DNA of 64,000 nt from Candidatus Saccharimonadia bacterium (GCA_035544015.1 DATKIP010000076.1:299-64298), one strand, 5' to 3'. Counted from the first letter of the stretch, positions 36,878 to 47,133 are shown. Numbers and translations: made by a program. Notes: generated by a model not told the origin, from the sequence alone.

Positions 36878-37135
36878 ATGAAAAGTATTACAAGCGAACT
36901 CACCATGCTACCCAAAATCTATGGCACCACTACCCTCAATGAAAAAGGCCAAGCCGTCATCCCGGCCGACGCTCGCAACGCCATGGGGCTCACCGCCGGC
37001 AGTAAGCTGCTGGTGATGGGGCACCCGAACGGCAAGGGCTTGTTTTTGATCACGACCGAGCAGGCCGAACACATGCTCAAGCATTTTGCCGATCTATCCA
37101 CAGCCATTAAAGAATCAAGGAGCACAGGTGAGTAG
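36878..37135 (+). CDS. AbrB/MazE/SpoVT-family regulator
   Basis: GTTTLNEKGQAVIPADAR. Confidence 0.88.
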   Translation: MKSITSELTMLPKIYGTTTLNEKGQAVIPADARNAMGLTAGSKLLVMGHPNGKGLFLITTEQAEHMLKHFADLSTAIKESRSTGE

Positions 37136-37829
37136 TATTCTCGAAGTCCAAGGTCTTACCAAATCCTACGGCAAAGGCGCCAACGCTTTTACGGCTTTGC
37201 ATGACGTTTCGATAGCTGTAGAAAAAGGCGAAAGTCTGGCCATTTTGGGCAAGAGCGGTTCGGGCAAGTCTACGCTCATGCACCTCATGGCCCTGCTCGA
37301 CAAGCCCACCGCCGGCACGGTCAGCATCGACGGCCAAGACGCGAGCAAAATCGCTGCGCGCAAACTCAACGCCCTGCGCAACAAGACCTTTGGCTTCGTC
37401 TTTCAGCAATTTTTCCTCAACGCCAACGCCAACGTCCTCGAAAACACCATATTGCCCCTCAAGATCGCCGGCGTAAGGAGCCGCAAACGCAAACAGCTCG
37501 GACTAGAGGCGCTCCGGCAAGTCGAGCTCGACGACAAGGCCCGCAACAAGGCCAAGGACCTCTCGGGCGGCCAGAAGCAGCGTGCCGTGATTGCTCGCGC
37601 GCTCATCAACCAGCCCCAGATCATCTTTGCTGACGAACCCACCGGCAACCTCGACAGCACCACTGGACGCAAAATCGAAGATTTGCTGTTCTCGCTCAAC
37701 AAACAGCACGGCATCACGCTTATTCTCGTGACCCACGACGAAGACCTGGCCGCCCGGTGCGACCGCCAAATTCACATTAAAGACGGCCTGGTTGTCGGGG
37801 CCAAGGAAAAGGAATTGGTCCGGCTATGA
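37128..37829 (+). CDS. ABC transporter ATP-binding protein (MacB/LolD type)
   Basis: GKSGSGKST, LSGGQKQR, ADEPTGNLD, VTHD. Confidence 0.95.
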   Translation: MSSILEVQGLTKSYGKGANAFTALHDVSIAVEKGESLAILGKSGSGKSTLMHLMALLDKPTAGTVSIDGQDASKIAARKLNALRNKTFGFVFQQFFLNANANVLENTILPLKIAGVRSRKRKQLGLEALRQVELDDKARNKAKDLSGGQKQRAVIARALINQPQIIFADEPTGNLDSTTGRKIEDLLFSLNKQHGITLILVTHDEDLAARCDRQIHIKDGLVVGAKEKELVRL

Positions 37830-39124
37830 GACTCATCGACATCTTCACCACTGCCAGCGGCAACATGTTTCGGAGCAAATTACGCACCTCGCTCACCATT
37901 CTCGCCATTTTCATCGGCTCCTTCACGCTGACCCTCACCAGCGGGCTCGGCACCGGCATTTCCAGCTATATCGACAAGCAGGTCAACAATCTCGGCGCCA
38001 AAGACGTTATGCTCATCCAGGCCGCCGACACCTCGGACGATGGCCCCGGCGGCGGCGATAGCGGCCCCAAGCCCTACAATCCCGCCAAAAAGATTTCCGC
38101 GACCGCTTTCGGTACCGCTACCACGGTTCTTACCAACGCCGACATTGCCAAGGTTAAGCAGGTTCCCGGCATCAAGAGCGTCGAGCCAAACTTGGTCGTG
38201 ACGCCCGATTACATCGTGGGCACCAATAGCAAGAAATACCAAGTGTCGGCCAATCCCTACATCACCGGCACCAATATCGACCTCGCCGCCGGCTCGCAGC
38301 TCAGCAACGCCGCCACCGAGTACGACGCCCTCCTGCCGGTCGAGTACGTGTCGGTGTTGGGCTACGCGAGCAATCAAGCCGCCGTTGGCCAATCCATTAC
38401 GCTTGGCATCTCTGATGGCACCGGCACGCAGCACCAAATTACCGCCACCATCAGGGGCGTGCAGCAAAAGGGCCTCACCAACTCGGGCGGCATGAATACC
38501 AATACCGCCCTCACCAATGCCCTCTTCAAAGCCCAAACCATTGGCCTGCCGGCCGCCGTCACCAACAGCTACCAGGCGCTCATCGCCAAATTCGACTCAG
38601 GCTACACCGACGCCCAAATCACCACCCTCAAAGACGATCTCAAAAAACACGACTACAAAGGCACCACCTTCCAAGACCAAATCGGCACCTTCAAGCAAGT
38701 GATTCGCGGCATCATCCTCGTGCTCGACGCCTTCGCCATCATTGCTCTGCTCGCGGCCAGTTTCGGCATCATCAACACCCTCCTCATGTCGGTCCAAGAG
38801 CGCACCAAAGAAATCGGCCTGATGAAAGCCATGGGCATGAGCGGCCCCCGCATCTTCCTGCTGTTTAGCACCGAGGCCGTCATGCTGGGCCTGTGGGGCA
38901 GCCTGATCGGCGGCGGCGTCGCCATCGTGGTGGGCCACATCGCCAACGCCATCGTCGCCAAGGGCTTCCTCAAGGACCTCGTCGGCCTCCAGCTGCTCAC
39001 CTTCCCGCCGGCCCAGGTCGCCGGTATTGTCGGTATCGTCATGGCCATCGCCTTCCTCGCCGGCACCCTCCCGGCCTTCCGCGCCGCCCGCCAGAGCCCC
39101 ATCGATTCCTTGCGGTACGAGTAG
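37826..39124 (+). CDS. ABC transporter permease (MacB/FtsX type)
   Basis: LRTSLTILAI.IG, GIINT..SVQERTKEIG, PAFRAA...PIDSLRYE. Confidence 0.93.
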   Translation: MRLIDIFTTASGNMFRSKLRTSLTILAIFIGSFTLTLTSGLGTGISSYIDKQVNNLGAKDVMLIQAADTSDDGPGGGDSGPKPYNPAKKISATAFGTATTVLTNADIAKVKQVPGIKSVEPNLVVTPDYIVGTNSKKYQVSANPYITGTNIDLAAGSQLSNAATEYDALLPVEYVSVLGYASNQAAVGQSITLGISDGTGTQHQITATIRGVQQKGLTNSGGMNTNTALTNALFKAQTIGLPAAVTNSYQALIAKFDSGYTDAQITTLKDDLKKHDYKGTTFQDQIGTFKQVIRGIILVLDAFAIIALLAASFGIINTLLMSVQERTKEIGLMKAMGMSGPRIFLLFSTEAVMLGLWGSLIGGGVAIVVGHIANAIVAKGFLKDLVGLQLLTFPPAQVAGIVGIVMAIAFLAGTLPAFRAARQSPIDSLRYE

Positions 39125-39151
39125 CGCGCATTTCCCGGAAGAATTAAACTC

Positions 39152-39634
39152 ATGACCCCACTGATCATCTTCACCGCCCAATACCTCCACCTCGCCATCC
39201 TCGCAGTGGCTGCGGTGGTGTGGCTGACCCTACCCCGCGAAGATAAGCGAAAACTAGCCCTCACCGCGCTCCTTGCCGCAGTCATTGGTTTTGCCTTAAC
39301 CAAGGTGGCGGGCGCGCTTTACTACAACCCGCGACCCTTTGTCGCCGATCACGTCGTGCCGCTCATTTACCATGCCGCCAATAATGGCTTCCCGTCGAAC
39401 CACACGGTGCTCGCGATGTTGGTAGCCCTCTTGGTCCTGCAGGTGTCGAAACGCTGGGGCATAGTGCTGGTCGCCGCCGCCCTCGTGGTCGGCGCTGCCC
39501 GCGTAGCGGCCGGGGTTCACTCCCCGCTCGATATCGCTGGAGCGGTTATCGTTGCGACCGTTGCGGTCCTCGTAGCCCGAGAAGGGGTCGGCCGAATCTG
39601 GCCAAATGGGCGAAACATCGGACGGGCGTCCTAG
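39152..39634 (+). CDS. PAP2-family phosphatase (BcrC-like undecaprenyl-PP phosphatase)
   Basis: RPF, FPSNH, ARVAAGVHSPLD. Confidence 0.88.
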   Translation: MTPLIIFTAQYLHLAILAVAAVVWLTLPREDKRKLALTALLAAVIGFALTKVAGALYYNPRPFVADHVVPLIYHAANNGFPSNHTVLAMLVALLVLQVSKRWGIVLVAAALVVGAARVAAGVHSPLDIAGAVIVATVAVLVAREGVGRIWPNGRNIGRAS

Positions 39635-41325
39635 CTCTCCTGAAACGCCTCGGGCCGAATATGGCGCGGGAGCAAAAAGCTCAGTCCAAACACAATCACC
39701 AACAATCCCAGCGCATACTCGACACCCACCTTGAACGCATGGGTGAAGTTCGCGTTGTTCACCTGCTTGGCCGCGTCGGTGAATGCCGTCGTGAGCACTT
39801 GATTGACCGGACCGGCCTCAGACTGCTTGCAGCTGTCGGGCGTCACATTGGCGTCGGTCTCGTTCACGCGGTCTTCGTAGCAGGCCTTAAAGCCCGCGAC
39901 AATCGCCGTCTGCGCCTCGGCCGGCACGTGCTGCTCGGTGAGCTTGGCCTGGAGCTGCGGCGTCACCTGGTCGACACTCGCCGCCGCGTGTGCCGTGAGC
40001 TGACCAAAGAACACCACGCCAATGGCCGCCACGCCAATGGCACCGCCCAGCTGCTGCACGGCGTTGAGCACGCCCGAGGCGGAGCCGGCGTGGTTGTGGT
40101 CCACGTCGTTGAGCACCACCGCAAACACCGGCATCATGATGAGGCCCATGCCCACGCCGATCGGCACCAGGCCAGGCGCGATCACCCAAGGGCTCGTGGC
40201 CAGGCCAAAGTGGTTCATCACCCACGCCAGGTAAATCAGGCCTGAGCTCATCACGAATGTCCCGAGCGTCATCGAATACCGCCCCAGTTTCGGAATCACC
40301 ACCGGCGCCAACACCGCAAACGTGACCGCAATTCCGATCGAGGTCGGAATACCCGTCAACGCGGCCTTCACCACGCTATACCCCAGCCCCACTTGCAGCA
40401 TCAGCGTCGAAATCAAGAAGTAGCCGATCATTACGCCCTCGAACACTACATTGGTGAGCAGGCCCAAGCTAAACGACCGCTTAGCAAACAGCGCCGGCAG
40501 CACCAGTGGCGAGCCGTCGACCCGCTGCTTGCGCATCTGCCACCAAGCAAACAGCGCAAACGCCGGCAGCGAGGCCGCCATCGACCAAAACGTCCAAGCC
40601 GGCCACCCCAATTCACGCCCCTCGATGAGCGGGAACACGATCAGCGTCAGCGCCACCATCACAATGCCGGTTCCCACCAAATCCAGCTTCAGCGGATGCG
40701 CGCTCTTGCCGGCCGGCAGGTACTTGCGTGCGGCCCAAAAGGCAAACACGCCCACCGGAATATTAATGAGAAAGATCGGCCGCCAGTCGAGGCCAAAAAT
40801 ATTGGCTTTGATGAGCAAACCACCCACCACCGGCCCCAGCGAGGCCGCGATGCCCGCCATGCCGCCAAACAGTCCGTTGACCTGCCCCCGCTCCTCCGGC
40901 GGGTACATCACTTGCATCATGCTCATCACCTGGGGCACCATCAGCGCCGCCATCGCGCCCTGCAGCAAGCGCGCTACGACCAGCACCACCGGCGTCCAGG
41001 CCACGCCGCTGAGCAGCGACGCCACCGTAAACCCGGCCACGCCCCACATAAACACCTTACGGTAGCCAAAAACATCGCCCATCCGCCCGCCGGTAATCAG
41101 CAGGAGCGCAAAGCTCAGTGCATACCCCGCGATCAACCATTGAATCGTCGTGTAGCTCGCGCCCAAATTAGCCTGGATCGACGGAATCGCGATGTTCACA
41201 ATCGTAGAGTCCAGCAGATCCATAATGAACGCCAGCGCCACCACAAACATAGCAATTTTGCGATGCTTCACGGATAGATTTTGCGAATGCTCGCGGGCCG
41301 AGAGGGGAGTAGCTTCGGGGGACAT
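39631..41325 (-). CDS. DHA2-family MFS efflux transporter
   Basis: DLLDSTIVNIAIP, GGRMGD.FG, WRPIFLINIPVG; about 14 TM. Confidence 0.93.
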   Translation of the reverse strand: MSPEATPLSAREHSQNLSVKHRKIAMFVVALAFIMDLLDSTIVNIAIPSIQANLGASYTTIQWLIAGYALSFALLLITGGRMGDVFGYRKVFMWGVAGFTVASLLSGVAWTPVVLVVARLLQGAMAALMVPQVMSMMQVMYPPEERGQVNGLFGGMAGIAASLGPVVGGLLIKANIFGLDWRPIFLINIPVGVFAFWAARKYLPAGKSAHPLKLDLVGTGIVMVALTLIVFPLIEGRELGWPAWTFWSMAASLPAFALFAWWQMRKQRVDGSPLVLPALFAKRSFSLGLLTNVVFEGVMIGYFLISTLMLQVGLGYSVVKAALTGIPTSIGIAVTFAVLAPVVIPKLGRYSMTLGTFVMSSGLIYLAWVMNHFGLATSPWVIAPGLVPIGVGMGLIMMPVFAVVLNDVDHNHAGSASGVLNAVQQLGGAIGVAAIGVVFFGQLTAHAAASVDQVTPQLQAKLTEQHVPAEAQTAIVAGFKACYEDRVNETDANVTPDSCKQSEAGPVNQVLTTAFTDAAKQVNNANFTHAFKVGVEYALGLLVIVFGLSFLLPRHIRPEAFQES

Positions 41326-41410
41326 AACGAACCAGATTCCTTGATTTTTATTATTACGAAATAAGTTAATTATCTTAGATAGATTACGGGATCAACTGTG
41401 GAGCGTCAAT

Positions 41411-41446
41411 GTTAAAAAGCAATCCCAGACAGGATTGCTTTTTAAC
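41411..41446. terminator. bidirectional terminator
   Basis: 15-bp inverted repeat GTTAAAAAGCAATCC/GGATTGCTTTTTAAC. Confidence 0.8.
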
Positions 41447-41466
41447 GTATCCGAACTCCAGCCGGA

Positions 41467-41778
41467 TTACATCGGCAGCGTTTCGTATACCCGCACCGCA
41501 CCGCCGGGCACATCCAGCACCGGGCAGCCTTGAGCCAGCGCCACGGCGTCGTCCATGCTGGCAGCCTTTACGATGGTGTAGCCGGTGGCCGGATGGTTTT
41601 CGATCGTGCTCACACCGCTCTTCTCTACGGCCTGACCACCATCCGCAAACGGATTGCCGGCGTCTACGAGGCTCGCACCGAGCTCACCAAACCAAGCTTT
41701 CCAAACCTTCGCCACCTCTTTCATGGGCATGTCGCCCGAAATCGGCTCATTGTAATACACGAATACATAATTCTTCAT
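41467..41778 (-). CDS. YciI-like protein
   Basis: W.AWF..LG...VD.GNP, GYTIVKA..MD.A..LAQGCP. Confidence 0.8.
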   Translation of the reverse strand: MKNYVFVYYNEPISGDMPMKEVAKVWKAWFGELGASLVDAGNPFADGGQAVEKSGVSTIENHPATGYTIVKAASMDDAVALAQGCPVLDVPGGAVRVYETLPM

Positions 41779-41817
41779 CTATGTACTCCTCTCTGCCCCA
41801 CGCGGGGGCGATAAAAA

Positions 41818-42156
41818 TTATGGTTGCTGTAGGCCGGCAATGTAGTTTTCCAACGTTTCCTCGTCGTTGCCCCACTCCGTCCGGTATTGCATCATCCAAT
41901 CCTGGGTGGTGCGCAACGTTTGCTTATTGAGCGCGATGAAATTGGTGCGGCCGGCTTTTTTGCGAATGATCAGTCCGGCGGCCTCAAGCGCACGAATGTG
42001 CTTATGAATGGCCGGCAGTGACAGATCATGCTCGCGCGCTAGTCCCGCGATGGTCGCCGGACGAAACGACAGATCGTGCAGCATGTCGCGGCGCTTTTGG
42101 TGCGCCAGCGCGCCAAAAATCTGGTCAAGCTGGATGGGGATATTTGAGTCGTACAT
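41818..42156 (-). CDS. ArsR/SmtB-family regulator
   Basis: FGALAH..RR, SLPAIHKHI..LE.AGLI; TTAAC-N6-GTTAA palindrome upstream (42161-42176). Confidence 0.9.
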   Translation of the reverse strand: MYDSNIPIQLDQIFGALAHQKRRDMLHDLSFRPATIAGLAREHDLSLPAIHKHIRALEAAGLIIRKKAGRTNFIALNKQTLRTTQDWMMQYRTEWGNDEETLENYIAGLQQP

Positions 42157-42262
42157 AAAGTTAACCTACGAGTTAAGTTTATGGAACAAACCCATTGCTG
42201 TCAATCCTCAATCTCGACAGTGTATTATGACCATAAGCATTACAAAGGAGCGCCAGCCTATC

Positions 42263-42898
42263 GTGAACAAGCGTTATCTCATTATGATTTACCGGGTCGC
42301 ATTTGCCCTGCTGTGCCTCTACGCTATCGGCGTGCAATATCGGTATGGAATGCAGGGGCAAGGAATTGATTTTATCCCCGCCAACTTTTTTAGTTTTTTC
42401 ACCATCGAAAGCAATCTCCTCGCTATTCTCATCTTCCTCATCGCCGGCCTACTAGCGGTAAAATTACCCAAACCAACCACGGCTTGGGTGCAGCTGCGCG
42501 GAGCCGCCGTGCTGTACATGACGATCACCGGCATTGTGTACGTCACGCTCCTTTCAGGTCTCGAGGAATCGCTGCAGACGCCTATCCCCTGGATCAACTT
42601 CGTGCTGCATTATCTGATGCCGGTGGTGGTGTTGGCCGACTGGTTCCTCGATTTGCCGCGCCTGCGGCTGAGCTTTAAGCAGGGATTGGTATGGCTGATT
42701 TTCCCCGCCGCGTATTTGGTGTATAGCTTGGTGCGCGGTCCCGTTGTTGGCTGGTACCCGTACCCGTTTCTTGATCCCCAGGCGCAAAATCAAGGCTACG
42801 CGGGTATTGCCGTGACGGCCGCCGTGATGCTGGGCATAACCCTTGGCTTCATCGCTGCCCTCACCTGGACCACCCGGCTGCGCGCCCGCCGGGCCTAG
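42263..42898 (+). CDS. Pr6Pr-family membrane protein
   Basis: FSFFTIESN, TGIVY, LHY..P, WYPYPFLD. Confidence 0.88.
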   Translation: MNKRYLIMIYRVAFALLCLYAIGVQYRYGMQGQGIDFIPANFFSFFTIESNLLAILIFLIAGLLAVKLPKPTTAWVQLRGAAVLYMTITGIVYVTLLSGLEESLQTPIPWINFVLHYLMPVVVLADWFLDLPRLRLSFKQGLVWLIFPAAYLVYSLVRGPVVGWYPYPFLDPQAQNQGYAGIAVTAAVMLGITLGFIAALTWTTRLRARRA

Positions 42899-42909
42899 GG
42901 CGGACCCGT

Positions 42910-42954
42910 CGATGAAGATTAACCGCCCTTAATTAAGCTGGTTAATCTTCATCG
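42910..42954. promoter_or_regulatory. 15-bp perfect inverted repeat (terminator or operator) upstream of radC
   Basis: CGATGAAGATTAACC...GGTTAATCTTCATCG. Confidence 0.5.
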
Positions 42955-42977
42955 GTTCGAGATATAATCAACCCATC

Positions 42978-43745
42978 ATGCCCATATCCACCCCCACCCT
43001 CAAACCGCCCACTGCGTATGCCCTCCACGACCACGACGTCGTCATTGGCGAGCGTGTCGACCACTACATCCTCAAAGTCAAAGACCTCCCCAGCGAGCAA
43101 AAACCCCGCGAAAAACTCCAACGCATGGGCCCCGAAACCCTCAATGTGGCCGAGCTCGTCGCGGTGCTTTGGGGCGTCGGCACCAAAAAGGAAGAGGTCC
43201 TCGCCATGGCCCGCCGCATCACCCGCGAGTACGGCGAAAAATCCATCGCCACCGAAACCAACCCCGAAAAAATGGCCAGCGCCCTCGGCATCCCGCTGCA
43301 CAAGGCCTGCCAGATCATCGCCGGATTCGAGCTTGGCCGCCGGTTCTTTGCGCATCAGGCCGGCCGCCAGATCTACGTCCGCAATGCCCGGCAAGCCTAC
43401 GAGTATCTCCACGACATCGGCGACAGCAAAAAAGAGCGCCTCCGCGGCCTCTACCTCAACAGCCGCTACCAGGTCGTTCATGACGAGGTCATCTCTGTCG
43501 GCAGTCTCACGGCCAACATCGTCCACCCCCGCGAAGTCTTCCAGCCGGCCATCGAGCATGGCGCAGTCGCGATCATCATCGCGCACAATCACCCGTCCGG
43601 CAGCCTCGAGCCCACCGCCGCCGATCGCCAAGTCACCCGCCAGCTACAGGAGGCCGGCCGGCTGCTCGGCATCGATGTGCTCGACCACCTCATCATCGCC
43701 GGCGCCCAATACATAAGAATCACGGAGGACCAACTCTCACAATGA
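42978..43745 (+). CDS. radC: RadC (JAB domain) protein
   Basis: KPREKL, VHPREVF, AHNHPSG, LDHLII. Confidence 0.95.
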   Translation: MPISTPTLKPPTAYALHDHDVVIGERVDHYILKVKDLPSEQKPREKLQRMGPETLNVAELVAVLWGVGTKKEEVLAMARRITREYGEKSIATETNPEKMASALGIPLHKACQIIAGFELGRRFFAHQAGRQIYVRNARQAYEYLHDIGDSKKERLRGLYLNSRYQVVHDEVISVGSLTANIVHPREVFQPAIEHGAVAIIIAHNHPSGSLEPTAADRQVTRQLQEAGRLLGIDVLDHLIIAGAQYIRITEDQLSQ

Positions 43746-44026
43746 GTACAGCAGTCTATCAATTACCACTCGCCGGCGGCCTCATCTTCCACGCCGGCTA
43801 TCAAGCCGAATTACTCCAAGACGGCGACATCGACACCAGTCAGTTGGAGATCGACGCCCAAGTGCGCTCCGGGTACTACTTTGTCACTCTCGCCACCACC
43901 CTCGAGGCCATTGCCCAAAAGCTGCCCCATGAGCAACTCTCCTCGCGTGTCATGCTCGATAAGCTGACCCAAGATCTCGAATACCTGCACCAAAATTACG
44001 TCATCATTAAGGAGCCGCGCGCCTAA
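43742..44026 (+). CDS. hypothetical protein
   Basis: Overlaps the radC stop; host-like codon usage. Confidence 0.65.
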   Translation: MSTAVYQLPLAGGLIFHAGYQAELLQDGDIDTSQLEIDAQVRSGYYFVTLATTLEAIAQKLPHEQLSSRVMLDKLTQDLEYLHQNYVIIKEPRA

Positions 44027-44073
44027 TCACCGCATCACAGCTCGCTATCAGCAAAAACCGTTACGGTACCCTC

Positions 44074-44493
44074 ATGAACCGCCTCGCCCGCAACGCCCAC
44101 TATCTGGCCTGGACCATTGTGGCGCTTTCGGTGGCTATGAGTTTATATTTTTCCGATATTCGCGGGTTTGTGCCCTGCAATTTGTGCTGGTACGCGCGCA
44201 TCCTCATGTACCCGCTGGTTGTCATCATTGGCGTGGGCATCCTGCGGCGTGAGCGGCATTGGGTCGCCTATGCCGTCCCGCTCGTGGGTGCCGGCTGGCT
44301 GCTCGAGCTCTACCATTCGTTGCTCCAATGGGGGATTGTGCCCGAGACTCTCGCTCGTTGTATTGCGACAGTGCCGTGTACTACCAAGTACATCAACTAT
44401 TTCGGCTTCATCACCATTCCATTTCTGGGGCTGCTGGCTTTCACCGCCATAGGTGTATGTTTGTGGCTCTATCATAGGGCAAACATCGATTAA
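44074..44493 (+). CDS. disulfide bond formation protein (DsbB/BdbC)
   Basis: SLYFS, PCNLCWYARILMYP, C...PC, ITIP. Confidence 0.92.
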   Translation: MNRLARNAHYLAWTIVALSVAMSLYFSDIRGFVPCNLCWYARILMYPLVVIIGVGILRRERHWVAYAVPLVGAGWLLELYHSLLQWGIVPETLARCIATVPCTTKYINYFGFITIPFLGLLAFTAIGVCLWLYHRANID

Positions 44494-44518
44494 ATTCGGG
44501 CCATCACGGCTGCGGAAG

Positions 44519-44542
44519 CGGGGCCTCGTTACCGAGGCCCCG
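44519..44542 (-). terminator. GC-rich hairpin after CDF-like orphan gene
   Basis: CGGGGCCTCG-TTAC-CGAGGCCCCG. Confidence 0.6.
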
Positions 44543-44545
44543 TCC

Positions 44546-45157
44546 CTAACCTCCCGACTCGTGGCCCCCAATCGAGGTAGCTACTTCGCTCCAGAGTGCC
44601 CGGCCGGTCGGACCGAGCTCTCTCAGGGTCACCTGCACCATCACGCAGAGCGCGGCCACGCCGATATATCCCGCCGCCCGAGCAAAGTAGGGCACGGCGA
44701 GCGCCGCCACCATGATGGCGACAGCTCCCACTGTATCGGCCAGCAAATGTGCCGAAAGTCCGACATGGCCATGGCAGTGGGTGAGGCGATAACACGCAAC
44801 GTTGACCACCAGGCTCCCAAAACCCAGGAGAAAGAGCAGACTGGTCTCCCGGCCTCCCGGCTCAATCATCCCGATGGTGAGATCACTCTGCGTGACCAGC
44901 CCGCCGGCATACGCTGCGGGTGCGGATACACCCAGCAGAAGGCGGGTAATTTTTTGACCTCCACCGCGCACGAACGGATGCCTCGAAGTAGCCAGGGCCT
45001 CCTCTATAAGGTAGGCCACGCACAGCACGAGTGCGTCCATGAGATTGTGTATGCCGTCGGCTGCCACGAGACTGCCGTGGGACTGTACGCCCGAAACCAG
45101 GATCTCACCGGTTCCCAGGAGCATAAAACCGACCACGGCCACGAGCACGGCCATCAC
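44546..45157 (-). CDS. divergent cation-diffusion-facilitator-like membrane protein (TM domain only)
   Basis: SLVAADGIHNLMD and HLLADT metal-site motifs; GGAGG RBS. Confidence 0.65.
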   Translation of the reverse strand: MMAVLVAVVGFMLLGTGEILVSGVQSHGSLVAADGIHNLMDALVLCVAYLIEEALATSRHPFVRGGGQKITRLLLGVSAPAAYAGGLVTQSDLTIGMIEPGGRETSLLFLLGFGSLVVNVACYRLTHCHGHVGLSAHLLADTVGAVAIMVAALAVPYFARAAGYIGVAALCVMVQVTLRELGPTGRALWSEVATSIGGHESGG

Positions 45158-45326
45158 CTCCAGAGGTGTCGATGTAGGGGGTTAAGCTTGAGGCCCGGCA
45201 TTACGCCGACCCCCAAGCGCCCAATGTACGTGGTCCCTCGCGTTTATGCAAAAAAACTGCATATACAACAAAAACTGCAACACCCGTCGATACTCACGCC
45301 GGCCCAAATCCTGTAACCTAGAAGCA

Positions 45327-46181
45327 ATGATCACCATCTTTCAAGCCATCGTCCTCGGCCTGCTCCAAGGTGCCTCCGAACTCTTCCCCGTCTCGAGCCT
45401 CGGCCACAGTGTAGTGCTGCCGCAGCTGCTCGGCTGGAACATTCGCCCGAGTGACAACGCCTTTATCGTATTTCTGGTAGCCACCCATGTGGCCACCGCG
45501 CTCGTGCTCATCGGATTCTACTGGCGGACCTGGCTGGGCGTGGTGCGGGGCCTGCTGCGGTCGGTGCGCCAGCGCGCAATCCGCGCCGACGACGCCGAGG
45601 CCAAGCTGGGCTGGCTGCTCATCGTGGGCACGCTGCCGGCTGGCCTGCTCGGCTTGCTGTTTGAGCGCCAAATCCGCGACACTTTCGTGAGCGCTCGATC
45701 AGCGGCGCTGTTTCTGATGCTCAATGGCCTCCTGTTGCTCGGCGCCGAATACCTCCGCCGCCGCGCCCACTCCAGCGACAGCCGCCGCCCCGCCGACGAG
45801 CGCATCGCCCGCGTCGGCGGGGGACAGGCGCTCGCGGTGGGGGCTTCGCAGGCGTTGGCGCTCATCCCGGGTCTGTCGCGCTCCGGCGCCACCATGGGCG
45901 GCGGTTTGCTCGCGGGCTTGTCGCACGAAGACGCCGCCCGCTTCGCTTTTTTGCTCGCCACGCCCATCATTTTGGCGGCGGGCGTCCTCAAATTGCCCGC
46001 CCTGGCGCGGCCCGAAAACCATGCCCTGCTCGGCCCGGCACTCGTGGGTGGCCTCTGCGCCGCACTCTCGGCCTACGCGACGGTTAAATTCCTCACGCGC
46101 TACTTCCACTCGGGCAGTCTGCGGCCATTTGGCATCTATTGCCTCGCCGCCGGCCTGCTCGCCACCCTCGCCTTTTTGTAA
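45327..46181 (+). CDS. uppP: undecaprenyl-diphosphatase
   Basis: QGASELFPVSSLGH, ALIPGLSRSGAT, FLLATP. Confidence 0.95.
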   Translation: MITIFQAIVLGLLQGASELFPVSSLGHSVVLPQLLGWNIRPSDNAFIVFLVATHVATALVLIGFYWRTWLGVVRGLLRSVRQRAIRADDAEAKLGWLLIVGTLPAGLLGLLFERQIRDTFVSARSAALFLMLNGLLLLGAEYLRRRAHSSDSRRPADERIARVGGGQALAVGASQALALIPGLSRSGATMGGGLLAGLSHEDAARFAFLLATPIILAAGVLKLPALARPENHALLGPALVGGLCAALSAYATVKFLTRYFHSGSLRPFGIYCLAAGLLATLAFL

Positions 46182-46246
46182 TTCTGCCCAAGGCCACTCG
46201 TCCTCGATTTGGCATAATAGCTCTAGCCAATAAAGGAGATAAACTC

Positions 46247-46402
46247 ATGGCCAAATATAGCCCTGCAGCCTCAAGAGAGATCGAGAAAACGATGCACGAG
46301 CACAAACATGAAGGCAAATTTTCCAGCGACAAGCAGGCTGTCGCCGTGGGCCTCAGCAAAGCGCGCCAAAAAGGCGCCAAAGTCCCGCGCAAGAAGCCTT
46401 AG
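46247..46402 (+). CDS. small basic protein (DUF6496-like)
   Basis: AAGGAG RBS; MHE.K...KQAVAVGLSKAR..GAKVP. Confidence 0.75.
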   Translation: MAKYSPAASREIEKTMHEHKHEGKFSSDKQAVAVGLSKARQKGAKVPRKKP

Positions 46403-47133
46403 CGGCTGCGACGCAACGTGGCCGCTCCCAGCAGCAACGCCCCCACGATAAACGCCGCAATCACTACCAGGTCGCGCACCAGGTCGTCGGTCCAACCGCT
46501 ATAATTCGTAATCTGCTTCATGGCGTCCACCAAATACGTCAGCGGCATCACGTTGGCAAACCACTGGAGCGGCTCACCCATGGCATCACGCGCCACAAAC
46601 AGGCCACAGGTGAGCAGCTGTGGCAGCACAAACGCGGGCAAAAATTGCACCGCCTGGAATTCACTTCGTGCAAACGCGCTCAAAAACAGTCCCAGCGACA
46701 TACCCAATACCCCCGCCAGCACCGCCACGAGCAACAGCCGGCCGGCCCCGCCCTGCACCGTTACGTCCAGCCATCCCAGCGTTACCGAGCTCACGAGCAC
46801 GCCTTGCACAATGGTAAGTCCCGCGAACGCCAGCGCATAACCCAGCAGCAAATCCAGCTTGGCAATCGGCAGCGTCAGCAGCCGCTCCAGCGTGCCGGCC
46901 GTGCGTTCGCGCAAGGTGGCCACCGATGTCACCACAAACATCACGGTAAACGGGAACACTCCCAGCACCATCGGCGCCAGATGCGAGAACGTGGTGGTAG
47001 CGTCATTAAACACATACCGCATCACGAGCATCAGCATCGTGGGCACGAGCAGCATCAGGGCAATGGTGCGGTGATCATGGCGCAACTGCCGCAGCACCCG
47101 CGCAGCAGTGGCAAACGTGCGGCGGGGGCTCAC
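46399..47133 (-). CDS. ABC-2 type permease
   Basis: RER..GTLERL, SEFQAVQF.P, PLTY.VDA. Confidence 0.92.
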   Translation of the reverse strand: MSPRRTFATAARVLRQLRHDHRTIALMLLVPTMLMLVMRYVFNDATTTFSHLAPMVLGVFPFTVMFVVTSVATLRERTAGTLERLLTLPIAKLDLLLGYALAFAGLTIVQGVLVSSVTLGWLDVTVQGGAGRLLLVAVLAGVLGMSLGLFLSAFARSEFQAVQFLPAFVLPQLLTCGLFVARDAMGEPLQWFANVMPLTYLVDAMKQITNYSGWTDDLVRDLVVIAAFIVGALLLGAATLRRSR

